Virus record (IMG/VR): IMGVR_UViG_3300033416_000011
Span: 1 to 45,881 of that record
DNA from: a virus
Lineage: Duplodnaviria; Caudoviricetes
DNA: 45,881 bases
Reading direction: 5' to 3' (one strand)
A program made the position numbers and the translations under genes. Of this stretch, positions 1 to 7,966 are shown in pieces. Each line of letters starts with the position of its first letter. Within the stretch, counting starts at the first letter, position 1. The notes below the pieces were generated by a model. The model did not search any database, was not told where the DNA came from, and saw only the letters and a program-made list of their open reading frames with translations.

Positions 1-127
1 AATCGACTACGCTTTTGTAGCACTCCTTTGCGAGCCGAGAGCGACTCGGGTAGCAGCGAATGGAGCATGTCCGCTAAACTCCACGCCTTTGACTGCGTGT
101 AGTCCTCTTTCTGCTCGGGGGCCTCGT
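1..127. repeat. Terminal direct repeat, copy 1 (circular assembly overlap)
   Basis: Bases 1-127 are identical to 45755-45881. 127 nt is a common maximum assembler k-mer, and an ORF reads through the junction. Confidence 0.95.
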
Positions 128-248
128 TTTCTGCCGCTTCCGAGGCGGATTCCTCTTCACCCTCGGTAGGCTCGAAGAACCCTAGGCCTGGCTGACCTCG
201 AGGTCGGCGGCTAAGCCGCATCACTTCGACCATGACACCCTCTTTCAT
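1..248 (-). CDS. Small hypothetical protein spanning the circular junction (248 to 1, continuing 45754 to 45724; 92 aa)
   Basis: Read by hand: MKEGVMVEVMRLSRRPRGQPGLGFFEPTEGEEESASEAAENEAPEQ...RLERETQE*. The ATG overlaps the upstream TGA (ATGA at 245-248), and its TGA overlaps the GNAT start. Confidence 0.7.
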   Translation of the reverse strand, partial: MKEGVMVEVMRLSRRPRGQPGLGFFEPTEGEEESASEAAENEAPEQKEDYTQSKAWSLADMLHSLLPESLSARKGVLQKRSR

Positions 249-1849
249 AGCCATCCTCCTAACTCGTAAGCAACATCCATTTGTAAAATTACTGTACGGG
301 TATACCCACTACCCTTAGCAGCCACTGCTACTGTGGCACCCTGCCCTTGCGCTCCGAACACCTGGGTCTGAGCTACGTATTGTGGGCCCCACTTTGATTG
401 GTCCCACCTTGATTGGTCCCAGGTGCCGACTAGGCTTGTAGCTACTGGAGTAGTGAGAGCCGCTACTGCTTCGCCCATATCCAAGTCATACTTGGCTTCA
501 GCCACCGCGGAAGTCGGGCCACTCTGCGTGAGCAAGTGAAGCTTGATCTCTTGTACACACTTTTGGGAGGGTGTTTCGTAGCTGCTAAAAGCAGATAAGA
601 AGCTCCATTCGATAGGCTGGTACGCGTTGGGATTGGCCAATAGTACGTTATCTAGCGTACCGTCATTCACGCAGACTCTACCGTCCGCGGTGCCGAAATA
701 CAGGGTGCCGTTCCACGCAGTAGCACAGGCCCCGATCGGCAGTTTCCGGTATCGGTGCCACCCTTTAGTAGTCAGACTCATCACTAGCTGTGTAGAGTCG
801 GTGACACCTCCAGCATTAGGCACGAGCACCATCAGCACAGCATCCTTGGGGTGCAGGCACATGGCCCAGCCTCGCATATTCACCGTGCTGGCTTGCAGCT
901 GGCTGAATAGGCGCGCTATCAGATTGGTCTGATACTGTCGGTCTACGTTAGTTAACATTAATTTGCTTAGCGGGGAGATTCCCAGCGAGCTCATCACTAG
1001 TAGGTCACCTCCGTAGTCAGCGCATAGCCTACGTCCTACGGGCACTGCCCCTACGTAACACGTACCGACGTTACCGAAAGTCGATGCGTTGCTGGGGTCT
1101 GTGCCTGCGTACACGGCTACGTCACCACCCCCGCTTATAGCAACTAGCTGATCGTCTAGAGCGGAGCCAGGGTCCAACGCCCAACTCCATAGCCCCCGCA
1201 AATCGCCGCCATTTCGAAAACGCACCCCGAAATCGAATATCGTAGCCGCACCGCCTACAGCATTTACCCCTAGATAGTAGGCCTCGCCAGAGTCTCTTTT
1301 TACGAGCCACACCCGGTTTTTCCAAACGTGCACGTACACCAATTCCGCGGGATCGACTCCAGTCACAGGGGCACCTGGCGGGCCCCCAAACGTCCAACTA
1401 TTATCTGACTCTCTGTATACCCAGTACCCGTTCTGCTCGTCAGTATAGCACAGCCAGTGACCAGCACTATTTGCTACTACCGTGCTGGTGCCCCAACCGC
1501 TAGTATCACTCGTAGTCGGGAAAGCGAGCACTCGCGTAGGGGATGCCGTTTGACCGGTTACATCCCAGATGCCCGAATACGTGCAGGCGAAAAGCCTGTT
1601 CATGGAAGGCTTACTTCCAGTGAACGGAAGCAGCGACCGAACTGGACCGTCTAGGTCAGTACACCACTCGTACCAACCGCTTCGAGTTTGCAGGCCATGC
1701 TCACCATGAATGAGGTTGTAGCTGAATACGCTATTCACCATTGGCGTATTGGTGCCTACGTCAGTAGTGTTATCACCTCCAATTGGAGCTAGGATAGTGC
1801 GTAGCAGCCGCCTCTCTCGCTGGTATCGGCCAGGGCTAGGCGCGCGCAT
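245..1849 (-). CDS. Tail tubular / DNA stabilisation (nozzle-like) protein
   Basis: ~534 aa, beta-propeller-like W/Y/G-rich sequence, directly after the adaptor gene. C-terminal WDQSRWDQSKW motif. Probable start is ATG 1849 (TGATG overlap). Confidence 0.7.
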   Translation of the reverse strand: MRAPSPGRYQRERRLLRTILAPIGGDNTTDVGTNTPMVNSVFSYNLIHGEHGLQTRSGWYEWCTDLDGPVRSLLPFTGSKPSMNRLFACTYSGIWDVTGQTASPTRVLAFPTTSDTSGWGTSTVVANSAGHWLCYTDEQNGYWVYRESDNSWTFGGPPGAPVTGVDPAELVYVHVWKNRVWLVKRDSGEAYYLGVNAVGGAATIFDFGVRFRNGGDLRGLWSWALDPGSALDDQLVAISGGGDVAVYAGTDPSNASTFGNVGTCYVGAVPVGRRLCADYGGDLLVMSSLGISPLSKLMLTNVDRQYQTNLIARLFSQLQASTVNMRGWAMCLHPKDAVLMVLVPNAGGVTDSTQLVMSLTTKGWHRYRKLPIGACATAWNGTLYFGTADGRVCVNDGTLDNVLLANPNAYQPIEWSFLSAFSSYETPSQKCVQEIKLHLLTQSGPTSAVAEAKYDLDMGEAVAALTTPVATSLVGTWDQSRWDQSKWGPQYVAQTQVFGAQGQGATVAVAAKGSGYTRTVILQMDVAYELGGWL

Positions 1850-3090
1850 CAAGACCACCCCGTGAAAGGCACATTGTTCCAATCTACCCAATCTACGAAC
1901 CGAATAGCGTTCTGGGGGCCAACTCCGTTGAGGGATAGGGTGGGCGCCCCCTTGTTGTTTCCGATAGCGTTCTGCAAGGCTTCTTGGTACCGCGCCTGCG
2001 CCATCAACGTATCTCTACCTTTCACCTCTAGATAGATTACGTTCAGTGCGTATTTGATAAGTAGTGGATCGAACAAGACTAAGTCTGTAGCCAGTGTTGG
2101 GGCACTTAGGTCGGGCGAGCTCGCTATAGCGCTCTTGACCCAGTACTTGCTAGCGTATTCAAAGGCCAACACCGTGCCGTTCGGGGGTACGATCGGGAAC
2201 GTTAACGCGCTACCCTTCAACGCATAAGTGATGTAGATTGATACGTTGTCTAACTGTGCAACCATCTGCTGGCGACTTTGCGGTGTAACAGGGCCTATCA
2301 GGGGATACCTTCCGGACCTGTTCCAACCTGTGTTATCGAGCATGCCCCGATAATCCGTAGGCATCGCGTAAGCCTGCAAGCTGCCACTAGTAGTAAGGGT
2401 TGCCTCTCGTATCAGGTGTCTCCATGCAAAAGCATCGAGCACCTGCTGGCCAGCCTCTCCCAGCCTGGCCACAAGCTGTACGAAATTGGGGTCCACGCCA
2501 TCGAAAGGGTCTGCCCTGGCAGCCAGGCCGCAGCGCACAGCTACCCAGTTTACGATATCACCAGCAGTTGCATAGATACTGTAGTCCAGTGCCAGCGCAC
2601 TTGGAGTAATAGCCCCCAGTGCTGTTACAGGACTAATCACATCGTACAACTCGACAAGGCCTAGCTTTACTACGTACTCGATGGCAGTGTACGCACTTCC
2701 GGTCCAATCCCAGCTGAAGAAGTACAGACCGTCACCTGCCTCGGTTATAGTTGGGGGTGGCAGGGCTGCATGCGTATCAGCGCGTGCAAATGTGGTGAAT
2801 GCAGGTGACCCACCAGCGTTCACCGTGCCGAAAAACATACCGTACACGTTCAGTGGATTGGGGGCGAGTACGTCCCAGACCTCGACCCCGTTACACGTGG
2901 CCACGTACTCAACGCCCGTAACCGTGCTAGTGCCCCAGTCCCAACTGAAACTGTACAGCCCCCCACCAATTTCAGTGATAGCAGGGGCTGTTATGGCTGC
3001 GTGCGTATCCGCGCGTGCAAAACGTGCAAAGACAGGTGTCTTGCCTGCATTGTCACTGCCGAAGAATAGCTCGTATACGGTAGCAGCCAT
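1849..3090 (-). CDS. Head-tail adaptor (tail tubular A-like) with two N-terminal tandem repeat domains
   Basis: C-terminal ~240 aa (W.HLIRE, YAMPTDY, FEYASKYWV, D.VLFD) fits podophage adaptor proteins. Synteny supports the call. Confidence 0.7.
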   Translation of the reverse strand: MAATVYELFFGSDNAGKTPVFARFARADTHAAITAPAITEIGGGLYSFSWDWGTSTVTGVEYVATCNGVEVWDVLAPNPLNVYGMFFGTVNAGGSPAFTTFARADTHAALPPPTITEAGDGLYFFSWDWTGSAYTAIEYVVKLGLVELYDVISPVTALGAITPSALALDYSIYATAGDIVNWVAVRCGLAARADPFDGVDPNFVQLVARLGEAGQQVLDAFAWRHLIREATLTTSGSLQAYAMPTDYRGMLDNTGWNRSGRYPLIGPVTPQSRQQMVAQLDNVSIYITYALKGSALTFPIVPPNGTVLAFEYASKYWVKSAIASSPDLSAPTLATDLVLFDPLLIKYALNVIYLEVKGRDTLMAQARYQEALQNAIGNNKGAPTLSLNGVGPQNAIRFVDWVDWNNVPFTGWS

Positions 3091-3101
3091 TTACCTATCC
3101 G

Positions 3102-3935
3102 TTAACTACGTTTGCCCTTCGACTCACGTCGCAATTCGTCCAGTTGCGCACCCTGTGCAGCTAGTGCGCTTCGCATAGCATCCAAGCTCTCTCTCAGCTT
3201 AGCGTTCTCCTGCTGTACCTCGTGCACCGCCTTAGTCTGCGTGTGCCCTTTAAGCGCAGCTACATAGTTACGCGCAGTGTTGCGCAGCTGCGTGTACGGA
3301 CCGATTGCGGACAGGTTTACATCTGTCACTTCGGCCAATTGCTCCACAGTGAGTACGCCCGCCTGTGTGAGGTTTTTTACCTGCGCCTTCGTTAGCGCTG
3401 GCCACTGGCCCAACGGCGTGCCATCTTGCACCAAAGTACCGTGCTTGTACGCTGCGTATTGCGGTGCGTACACTACCTTGTCCGATTCCCGTACGGGTCT
3501 TTCGACCACGTTCAAAGTGTCGCCAGGTATCCGAATTCGTATAAACTCACAGTCTACGTGTTTTGCTCCTATTGGCGCCACGAGGTAGCAATCAGGCAGT
3601 TCGGGGTGGTCCTTCAAAATCTGGGCTTGGCCCTGTAACACCAAATCGTGCTGCTGTACCAGTCGCTCCCAGTCAGAGTGCTCTAGTGAGCCTTTGGCAG
3701 GCTCGGGGTCTGGGAACGGGTTGCTTTCGCGCAGCATGCGCAGTCGCTCAATTTCGAGCTTCCGAAGCTCCATGGTGCGAGGGTTCTTCTTTTCGATCAC
3801 GCCACCTTCGAACAACAGCATGTCCGTTATAGCTTCGGTGTAAAACTCAGCGTACACCCCAGAATTGCGATTCACAGGGGCCACTGTGTCTGTGTTCACC
3901 ATCTTGTTCACGAGTGCTTCTACTGGCAGGCTCAT
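3102..3935 (-). CDS. Conserved phage head-region protein with C-terminal coiled coil
   Basis: Motifs IRIRIPGD...GTPL.QWP.LT...TVEQLA, typical of the gene following the capsid/cement pair. Probable start ATG 3935 with GAGGA RBS. Confidence 0.6.
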   Translation of the reverse strand: MSLPVEALVNKMVNTDTVAPVNRNSGVYAEFYTEAITDMLLFEGGVIEKKNPRTMELRKLEIERLRMLRESNPFPDPEPAKGSLEHSDWERLVQQHDLVLQGQAQILKDHPELPDCYLVAPIGAKHVDCEFIRIRIPGDTLNVVERPVRESDKVVYAPQYAAYKHGTLVQDGTPLGQWPALTKAQVKNLTQAGVLTVEQLAEVTDVNLSAIGPYTQLRNTARNYVAALKGHTQTKAVHEVQQENAKLRESLDAMRSALAAQGAQLDELRRESKGKRS

Positions 3936-3954
3936 ATCTTTCCTCTGGGAAGTG

Positions 3955-3985
3955 GGGCCCACCCGTTCCCAGACAGGTGGGTCCC
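3955..3985 (-). terminator. GC-rich stem-loop after the capsid/cement genes (attenuator or processing hairpin)
   Basis: Minus strand GGGACCCACCTGT-CTGGGA-ACGGGTGGGCCC. No clear U-tract. Confidence 0.4.
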
Positions 3986-4013
3986 AGTATTGATACGCTC
4001 AACCACGTATCAA

Positions 4014-4520
4014 CTACGCATTGTCGAAATCGGCCGTAGCTGGGTGACAGGCCATGTTGACCACTGCGGTGCTGGTGTCATCTGCGGTGACAGAGCGCAT
4101 ACCGATTATCTGGTCACCTGCCACTGCCGCATCATCTACGATGGCACCAGCAGCAGCGATATACAGAGGTGCGTTGGCAGCGATCGTACCGCAAGCCGCC
4201 ACGCCCTTACCTAGAATCTGGTACCATCCGTACTCGTTGGCAACAGTGGCAGCCAAAGCCACCGCCAAAGCGCCTTTGTCACGAGCGGCTACGAGTGAAG
4301 TGGAGTAGTCATCCTTGACGAGCACCACGCTTCCACGCACAGTGGAAGCTACGCCCTTCAGGTAGACGAATTCGCCCTCCCCGTAATCGGTCGTGCCTCG
4401 ATCTACGGCTTTGCACCGAGTCCCGAGAGGGTGCAGCTGCGTTGTGGAGTGATCCGCCAACGCGTTGTTGATTCCAACAGGGCTTGTCACAGCCCAGGTA
4501 CCTGCAGTTTTAGCAGCCAT
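4014..4520 (-). CDS. Capsid decoration/cement-like protein
   Basis: 168 aa, Ala/Gly-rich, immediately after the major capsid gene. Motifs GEGEFVYLKGVAST and YGWYQI.G. Confidence 0.65.
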   Translation of the reverse strand: MAAKTAGTWAVTSPVGINNALADHSTTQLHPLGTRCKAVDRGTTDYGEGEFVYLKGVASTVRGSVVLVKDDYSTSLVAARDKGALAVALAATVANEYGWYQILGKGVAACGTIAANAPLYIAAAGAIVDDAAVAGDQIIGMRSVTADDTSTAVVNMACHPATADFDNA

Positions 4521-4545
4521 TGGTAGCTCCTTTCCTGGCCTAGGC

Positions 4546-5520
4546 CTAGGTGTGAATCATTCGCCCGCAGTAACGTGGCCCACCGCTAGTGGCGTTGCCC
4601 GCCCAAACCATGATCTGGACTACGGCGTCCTGGTTCACCGCCCAGCGCTTGGCAGGATCGAGAGACACGAATTGACGGTCCTTGTGCGGACGCAGCTTGA
4701 AATGCTTGGTGTTGAGGAAGAACATCGTACCGTTGGTGTCAGAGAGGAATCCGCCGATACCGCCATCGAGCACCACATCCGCGCCCAGGAACGCTACAGA
4801 TTTGAAGCCCAGGTCTGCCTTGTCTGTGCTTGTGAAACGCTGTATCGCCTGCAGTGAATTGACGAAAGCAGCGTAGTACGAAGTCGAGGCCAGAATGAGA
4901 TCGGGGGACTCGGTACCACACTGCAACTTAGAGTACAGGCTGGTCATTCGAGCCTGTATCGTCGTAGCACTAGGGGCCCCCGAGTCAGACTGCAGAGCAG
5001 ACCGCCAGAACGTGTTAGACACTCGATCGATGCCACCATATGTGCCCGTTGCGGGATTGATAGGCACCGCCAGGTCCAGGCCGGTAAGCTGTCGACCGCC
5101 GTAGCCCGTGCCGTCCGAGTAGATGCCCTCGGCGACAAAGTTTCTCATCGTGTCCTCAGCAACCTGAATGCGGCTTGCCATGAGGTCAATTATGGCCTCT
5201 TTGCCGCTATTTCGCAGCTGATCGAGGCCTGGAAGCACTACCGCCGTGGCCAACTGTTTCCACGGAAAGTGCGCCGCGGAAATGACATCTACAGCGCCAA
5301 CGGACAAGGTATCCATTCCAGAATACCAAGCCGTGTTGCTGTTTTCGGCGAAAGACAGCGGCTCAAGAATTTCGGCACCGCCGTCAGCTATCTCTTTTAC
5401 ACCGCCACGCTGATCGATGTACACCAAAAGCGCGTTGTTTTTGATCACGTTGCTCGTGACCTGCTTCGCACGATAATCAATCGTGGTCGCTAGAATATCG
5501 GACAAATACGGAAAAGCCAT
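4546..5520 (-). CDS. Major capsid protein
   Basis: 324 aa. Motifs NSGKEAIIDLM, IYSDGTG, YGGIDR...FW, GF..V.F.GADVVLDGG, FLNT, NQDA match a widespread podophage capsid family. Follows the scaffold gene. Confidence 0.9.
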   Translation of the reverse strand: MAFPYLSDILATTIDYRAKQVTSNVIKNNALLVYIDQRGGVKEIADGGAEILEPLSFAENSNTAWYSGMDTLSVGAVDVISAAHFPWKQLATAVVLPGLDQLRNSGKEAIIDLMASRIQVAEDTMRNFVAEGIYSDGTGYGGRQLTGLDLAVPINPATGTYGGIDRVSNTFWRSALQSDSGAPSATTIQARMTSLYSKLQCGTESPDLILASTSYYAAFVNSLQAIQRFTSTDKADLGFKSVAFLGADVVLDGGIGGFLSDTNGTMFFLNTKHFKLRPHKDRQFVSLDPAKRWAVNQDAVVQIMVWAGNATSGGPRYCGRMIHT

Positions 5521-5523
5521 ATG

Positions 5524-5750
5524 CCCTCACTGTGAAAGGGTTAGTGTACTATTAGTGCGTGTCTATCGCGTCGATACGTGTTCACGTATTCGCGTGTACA
5601 GTGAGTCGGCTACCTAGAGCTCTCACGTGGCTTGCCTTGGATTGGCAGCAGTGAACTCTGTACGCAGATATCCGGTAAACGCAACGAGTCGGCCTGGAGG
5701 CTCTCGCTAAGCTCGGCTACTGTGTACTCGGAGTAACCAGCTACACCCTT
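5524..5750 (-). ncRNA. Structured 5' leader of the major capsid gene
   Basis: Three hairpins (5567-5594, 5601-5626, 5685-5706) have different stems but the same A/CGA internal loop. A further hairpin overlaps the RBS. Confidence 0.6.
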
Positions 5751-5760
5751 AGCTACTTGA

Positions 5761-5789
5761 GCCCTAGCACGAGCATATATAGGAGTCAA
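5761..5789 (-). promoter_or_regulatory. Putative sigma-70-type promoter for the capsid operon
   Basis: Minus strand TTGACT-17 nt-TAGGGC with an extended TG, directly downstream of the terminator. The -10 is a weak match. Confidence 0.45.
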
Positions 5790-5798
5790 TACTTCAGC

Positions 5799-5835
5799 AA
5801 CAAAGATGCCCGCTTTTTAGGGCGGGCATCTCTTT
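5799..5835 (-). terminator. Rho-independent terminator after the scaffold gene (possibly bidirectional)
   Basis: Minus strand AGATGCCCGC-CCTAAAAA-GCGGGCATCT followed by TTGTT; 10-bp perfect stem. Confidence 0.75.
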
Positions 5836-5877
5836 AACCGGGGACAGCCATTGAGTTGGCGGTAGTACTAGTCTACT

Positions 5878-5945
5878 ACACTCCAGTCATCGGCCAAAAT
5901 TGGTTGTGTCCGCAATCCGTACCCACGGAACACTCCAGTCATCGG
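5878..5945. repeat. 16-bp direct repeat ACACTCCAGTCATCGG x2 with a 36-bp spacer
   Basis: Exact copies at 5878-5893 and 5930-5945. Confidence 0.9.
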
Positions 5946-6018
5946 TATTCGCATTTGTCACCTCGATCAGAATCACTACCGCCATTATGTGGTACCGCCT
6001 AGTTCAAAATTACTACCA

Positions 6019-7134
6019 CTATTTTTTGCGCTGTGCCACCTCGTCCCAAACTTGTCGAAGTATGCCCTCCCTATCCTCGAATTTGTGTTCTTTCACAGGG
6101 GCGCCGCCCTGGGCCCCCGTAGTTCGCAGCGTAGCCCCGGCGGCCTTTCGCGCAGGATTCCGAGTCGCAGCTTGTGCAGCTTTGCGTTGGGCCACCACTT
6201 TTTCGACAGCGGGATTCATTTTGCACGCTAAGTCATAGGCTTGCTCGTACGTGATAGGCTTCTTTCTAGCCTCGTACGTATTGAGCACCGTAATCATGTC
6301 GTCCCAAACGTCCTCAAGGAATTCGGGTGACTTCTCTTCACAAAACTTCTCGAATTTGTCCTGCATGTTCTGCAGGGCTTCACTGTGCCTGTGCTCCTGC
6401 AGTTCTTTCTGCACAAGGGCTTTTACATCGGGTGCAGCTGCTTGTGGCTTAGCCGCGGCCTGTTGCACGGGCTGACCGTAGGCCCCACTAGCCATTACTG
6501 CGTTCACCGAAGCCGGATCGCTGAACTGCGCCAACAGGCCCGCAATTATTTGAGCCTTGCGCAGTGGGGAGCCCATGTGTAACTCTTGGTACGCGTTCAT
6601 CACCGAGGCTATGCCCGAGAACGGATCTAAACCTTGCGGTCGAAAAATAGCATCGTAGGGCTTTACAAAGTTTGCCACCTCAGCGGCAAACTCCTGTTGC
6701 TGTCCCACGGTGCCACGGAGGGAGGCGTTTTCTTGCAGTGTCTTTCGAGTTTCCCTCTCTACCCGTGTCACTTCCTGCTTCACCTCTGGGGGGAGGCCAG
6801 CCCACTTCTCGCGAGCTCCAGGCGTCCATGATTGGGGGGCTCGATCGACTTTGTCCGTAGCAGTCAGCTTCCCCTGCGTCTCGGCCTTTGCCTTAGCGGG
6901 CTCGCTTTTGCGCCCAGTCTGTGCACTGGCCTCCTGTACCTCTTCAGGTACACTGTCGGAGGGTTCGCCGCTGGCGTCGTCTACTTGTGCTGCGCCCAGC
7001 TCGTCAGTCTGCGTATCATCAGGGATGCCGCTCGGTGCACCACTCGAGTCGTCAGACTGCTTATCGTCTTGCCCAGTGCGAGCGTCCAGTTGTGTACGCA
7101 GCGTATCTTCCAAACTCTTGTCCTCAGTTGCCAT
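6019..7134 (-). CDS. Capsid scaffolding protein
   Basis: Acidic disordered N-terminus, APQSW...W..LP..V..E..R.E motif, YEQAYDLAC..NP motif. Lies between portal and capsid genes. Confidence 0.8.
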   Translation of the reverse strand: MATEDKSLEDTLRTQLDARTGQDDKQSDDSSGAPSGIPDDTQTDELGAAQVDDASGEPSDSVPEEVQEASAQTGRKSEPAKAKAETQGKLTATDKVDRAPQSWTPGAREKWAGLPPEVKQEVTRVERETRKTLQENASLRGTVGQQQEFAAEVANFVKPYDAIFRPQGLDPFSGIASVMNAYQELHMGSPLRKAQIIAGLLAQFSDPASVNAVMASGAYGQPVQQAAAKPQAAAPDVKALVQKELQEHRHSEALQNMQDKFEKFCEEKSPEFLEDVWDDMITVLNTYEARKKPITYEQAYDLACKMNPAVEKVVAQRKAAQAATRNPARKAAGATLRTTGAQGGAPVKEHKFEDREGILRQVWDEVAQRKK

Positions 7135-7149
7135 GTGTAAGTCTCCTAA

Positions 7150-7205
7150 CTATTTGGCTATACGTCGCCGTCCACGTCTATTTGGCTATACGTCGCCGTC
7201 CACGT
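7150..7205. repeat. Perfect 28-bp tandem duplication CTATTTGGCTATACGTCGCCGTCCACGT
   Basis: Copies at 7150-7177 and 7178-7205. Confidence 0.95.
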
Positions 7206-7686
7206 GTTCGATTCGTTTTGTCTTGCGCGCCTTGCGTTCAGCTGCTTCTCGATCGTATCTAGCTTGCCGCAAGTCGCTGACTCGCTGTAGCTCTGCTGCT
7301 ACAGCCCTTTTGCGGTCCAAAGCGTCCGCCGAGCTCGGAGTAGCACGCGCCTGCTCAGCCTTCCTCCACGTCTCCTCGTAGTCGCTAGATACTGTGTACC
7401 CTTTCGCTTTCATGTACTCCTTGTGCTTGGCCCTAGAGCCTATGTCCGTGCCATCTAAGGCACACATATTCTCGTAGAATCGGCCCGCCAAAATAGGGGC
7501 GCTGACTGCATCGGTGCTAGGCGGTATGTACTCTTCGAGTGTAACGAATTTCTGCTCAGCTTCGCTCCAAATCCACTTGCCCCGCTGTGGCGATTTCCTA
7601 GGGCCAAAGATGCGATCGTAACCTTCCTCGTATTCGGCGGTGTTTGCCTGGCTAACCACCGCCTCACCTGCTGCTGTCCCTCTCAT
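7186..7686 (-). CDS. Conserved phage protein of the portal-scaffold interval
   Basis: Motif DGTDIGSRAKHKEYMK. Probable start ATG 7686 with GGAGG RBS. Confidence 0.65.
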   Translation of the reverse strand: MRGTAAGEAVVSQANTAEYEEGYDRIFGPRKSPQRGKWIWSEAEQKFVTLEEYIPPSTDAVSAPILAGRFYENMCALDGTDIGSRAKHKEYMKAKGYTVSSDYEETWRKAEQARATPSSADALDRKRAVAAELQRVSDLRQARYDREAAERKARKTKRIEHVDGDV

Positions 7687-7705
7687 GGCTGCCTCCAATA
7701 GCGTA

Positions 7706-7966
7706 TCATCGAGCCAGTACCCTTGGCACACGGGCCGTAGGTAGCCCAGCATATTTACGTTCTGCGCTAGTTATAAGCGTATTCAGCTCTCGTAGTTCAC
7801 TTCGATCGTGCGATGTAGCAAGGCCAGTGGCGATCTTCAACGTAAGTTTACGGTGCGACGCATATAGATTTGCTATATGCCTACGCGCTACTTTGCGCCC
7901 TAGCCTATCCCTGCGTTCTAGCTCGGACTCATCCAACAACATATCGGCCTCACGTAGGAGCGACAA
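7706..7966 (-). CDS. Hypothetical protein
   Basis: 86 aa ORF filling the gap after the portal gene, on the operon strand. Confidence 0.5.
   Translation of the reverse strand: MSLLREADMLLDESELERRDRLGRKVARRHIANLYASHRKLTLKIATGLATSHDRSELRELNTLITSAERKYAGLPTARVPRVLAR

Noticed and set aside
5833-5843. TTTAACCGGGG on the + strand resembling the cassette element's 3' motif
   Set aside because: No second hairpin or downstream ORF; probably chance.
5878-5945. Canonical CRISPR array
   Set aside because: Only two 16-bp repeats and no cas operon. Kept only as a hypothesis in findings.
6710-7381. Long antisense ORFs (also 21735-22331, 40009-40716, 43116-43643 and others)
   Set aside because: They shadow well-supported genes on the opposite strand and show no motifs.
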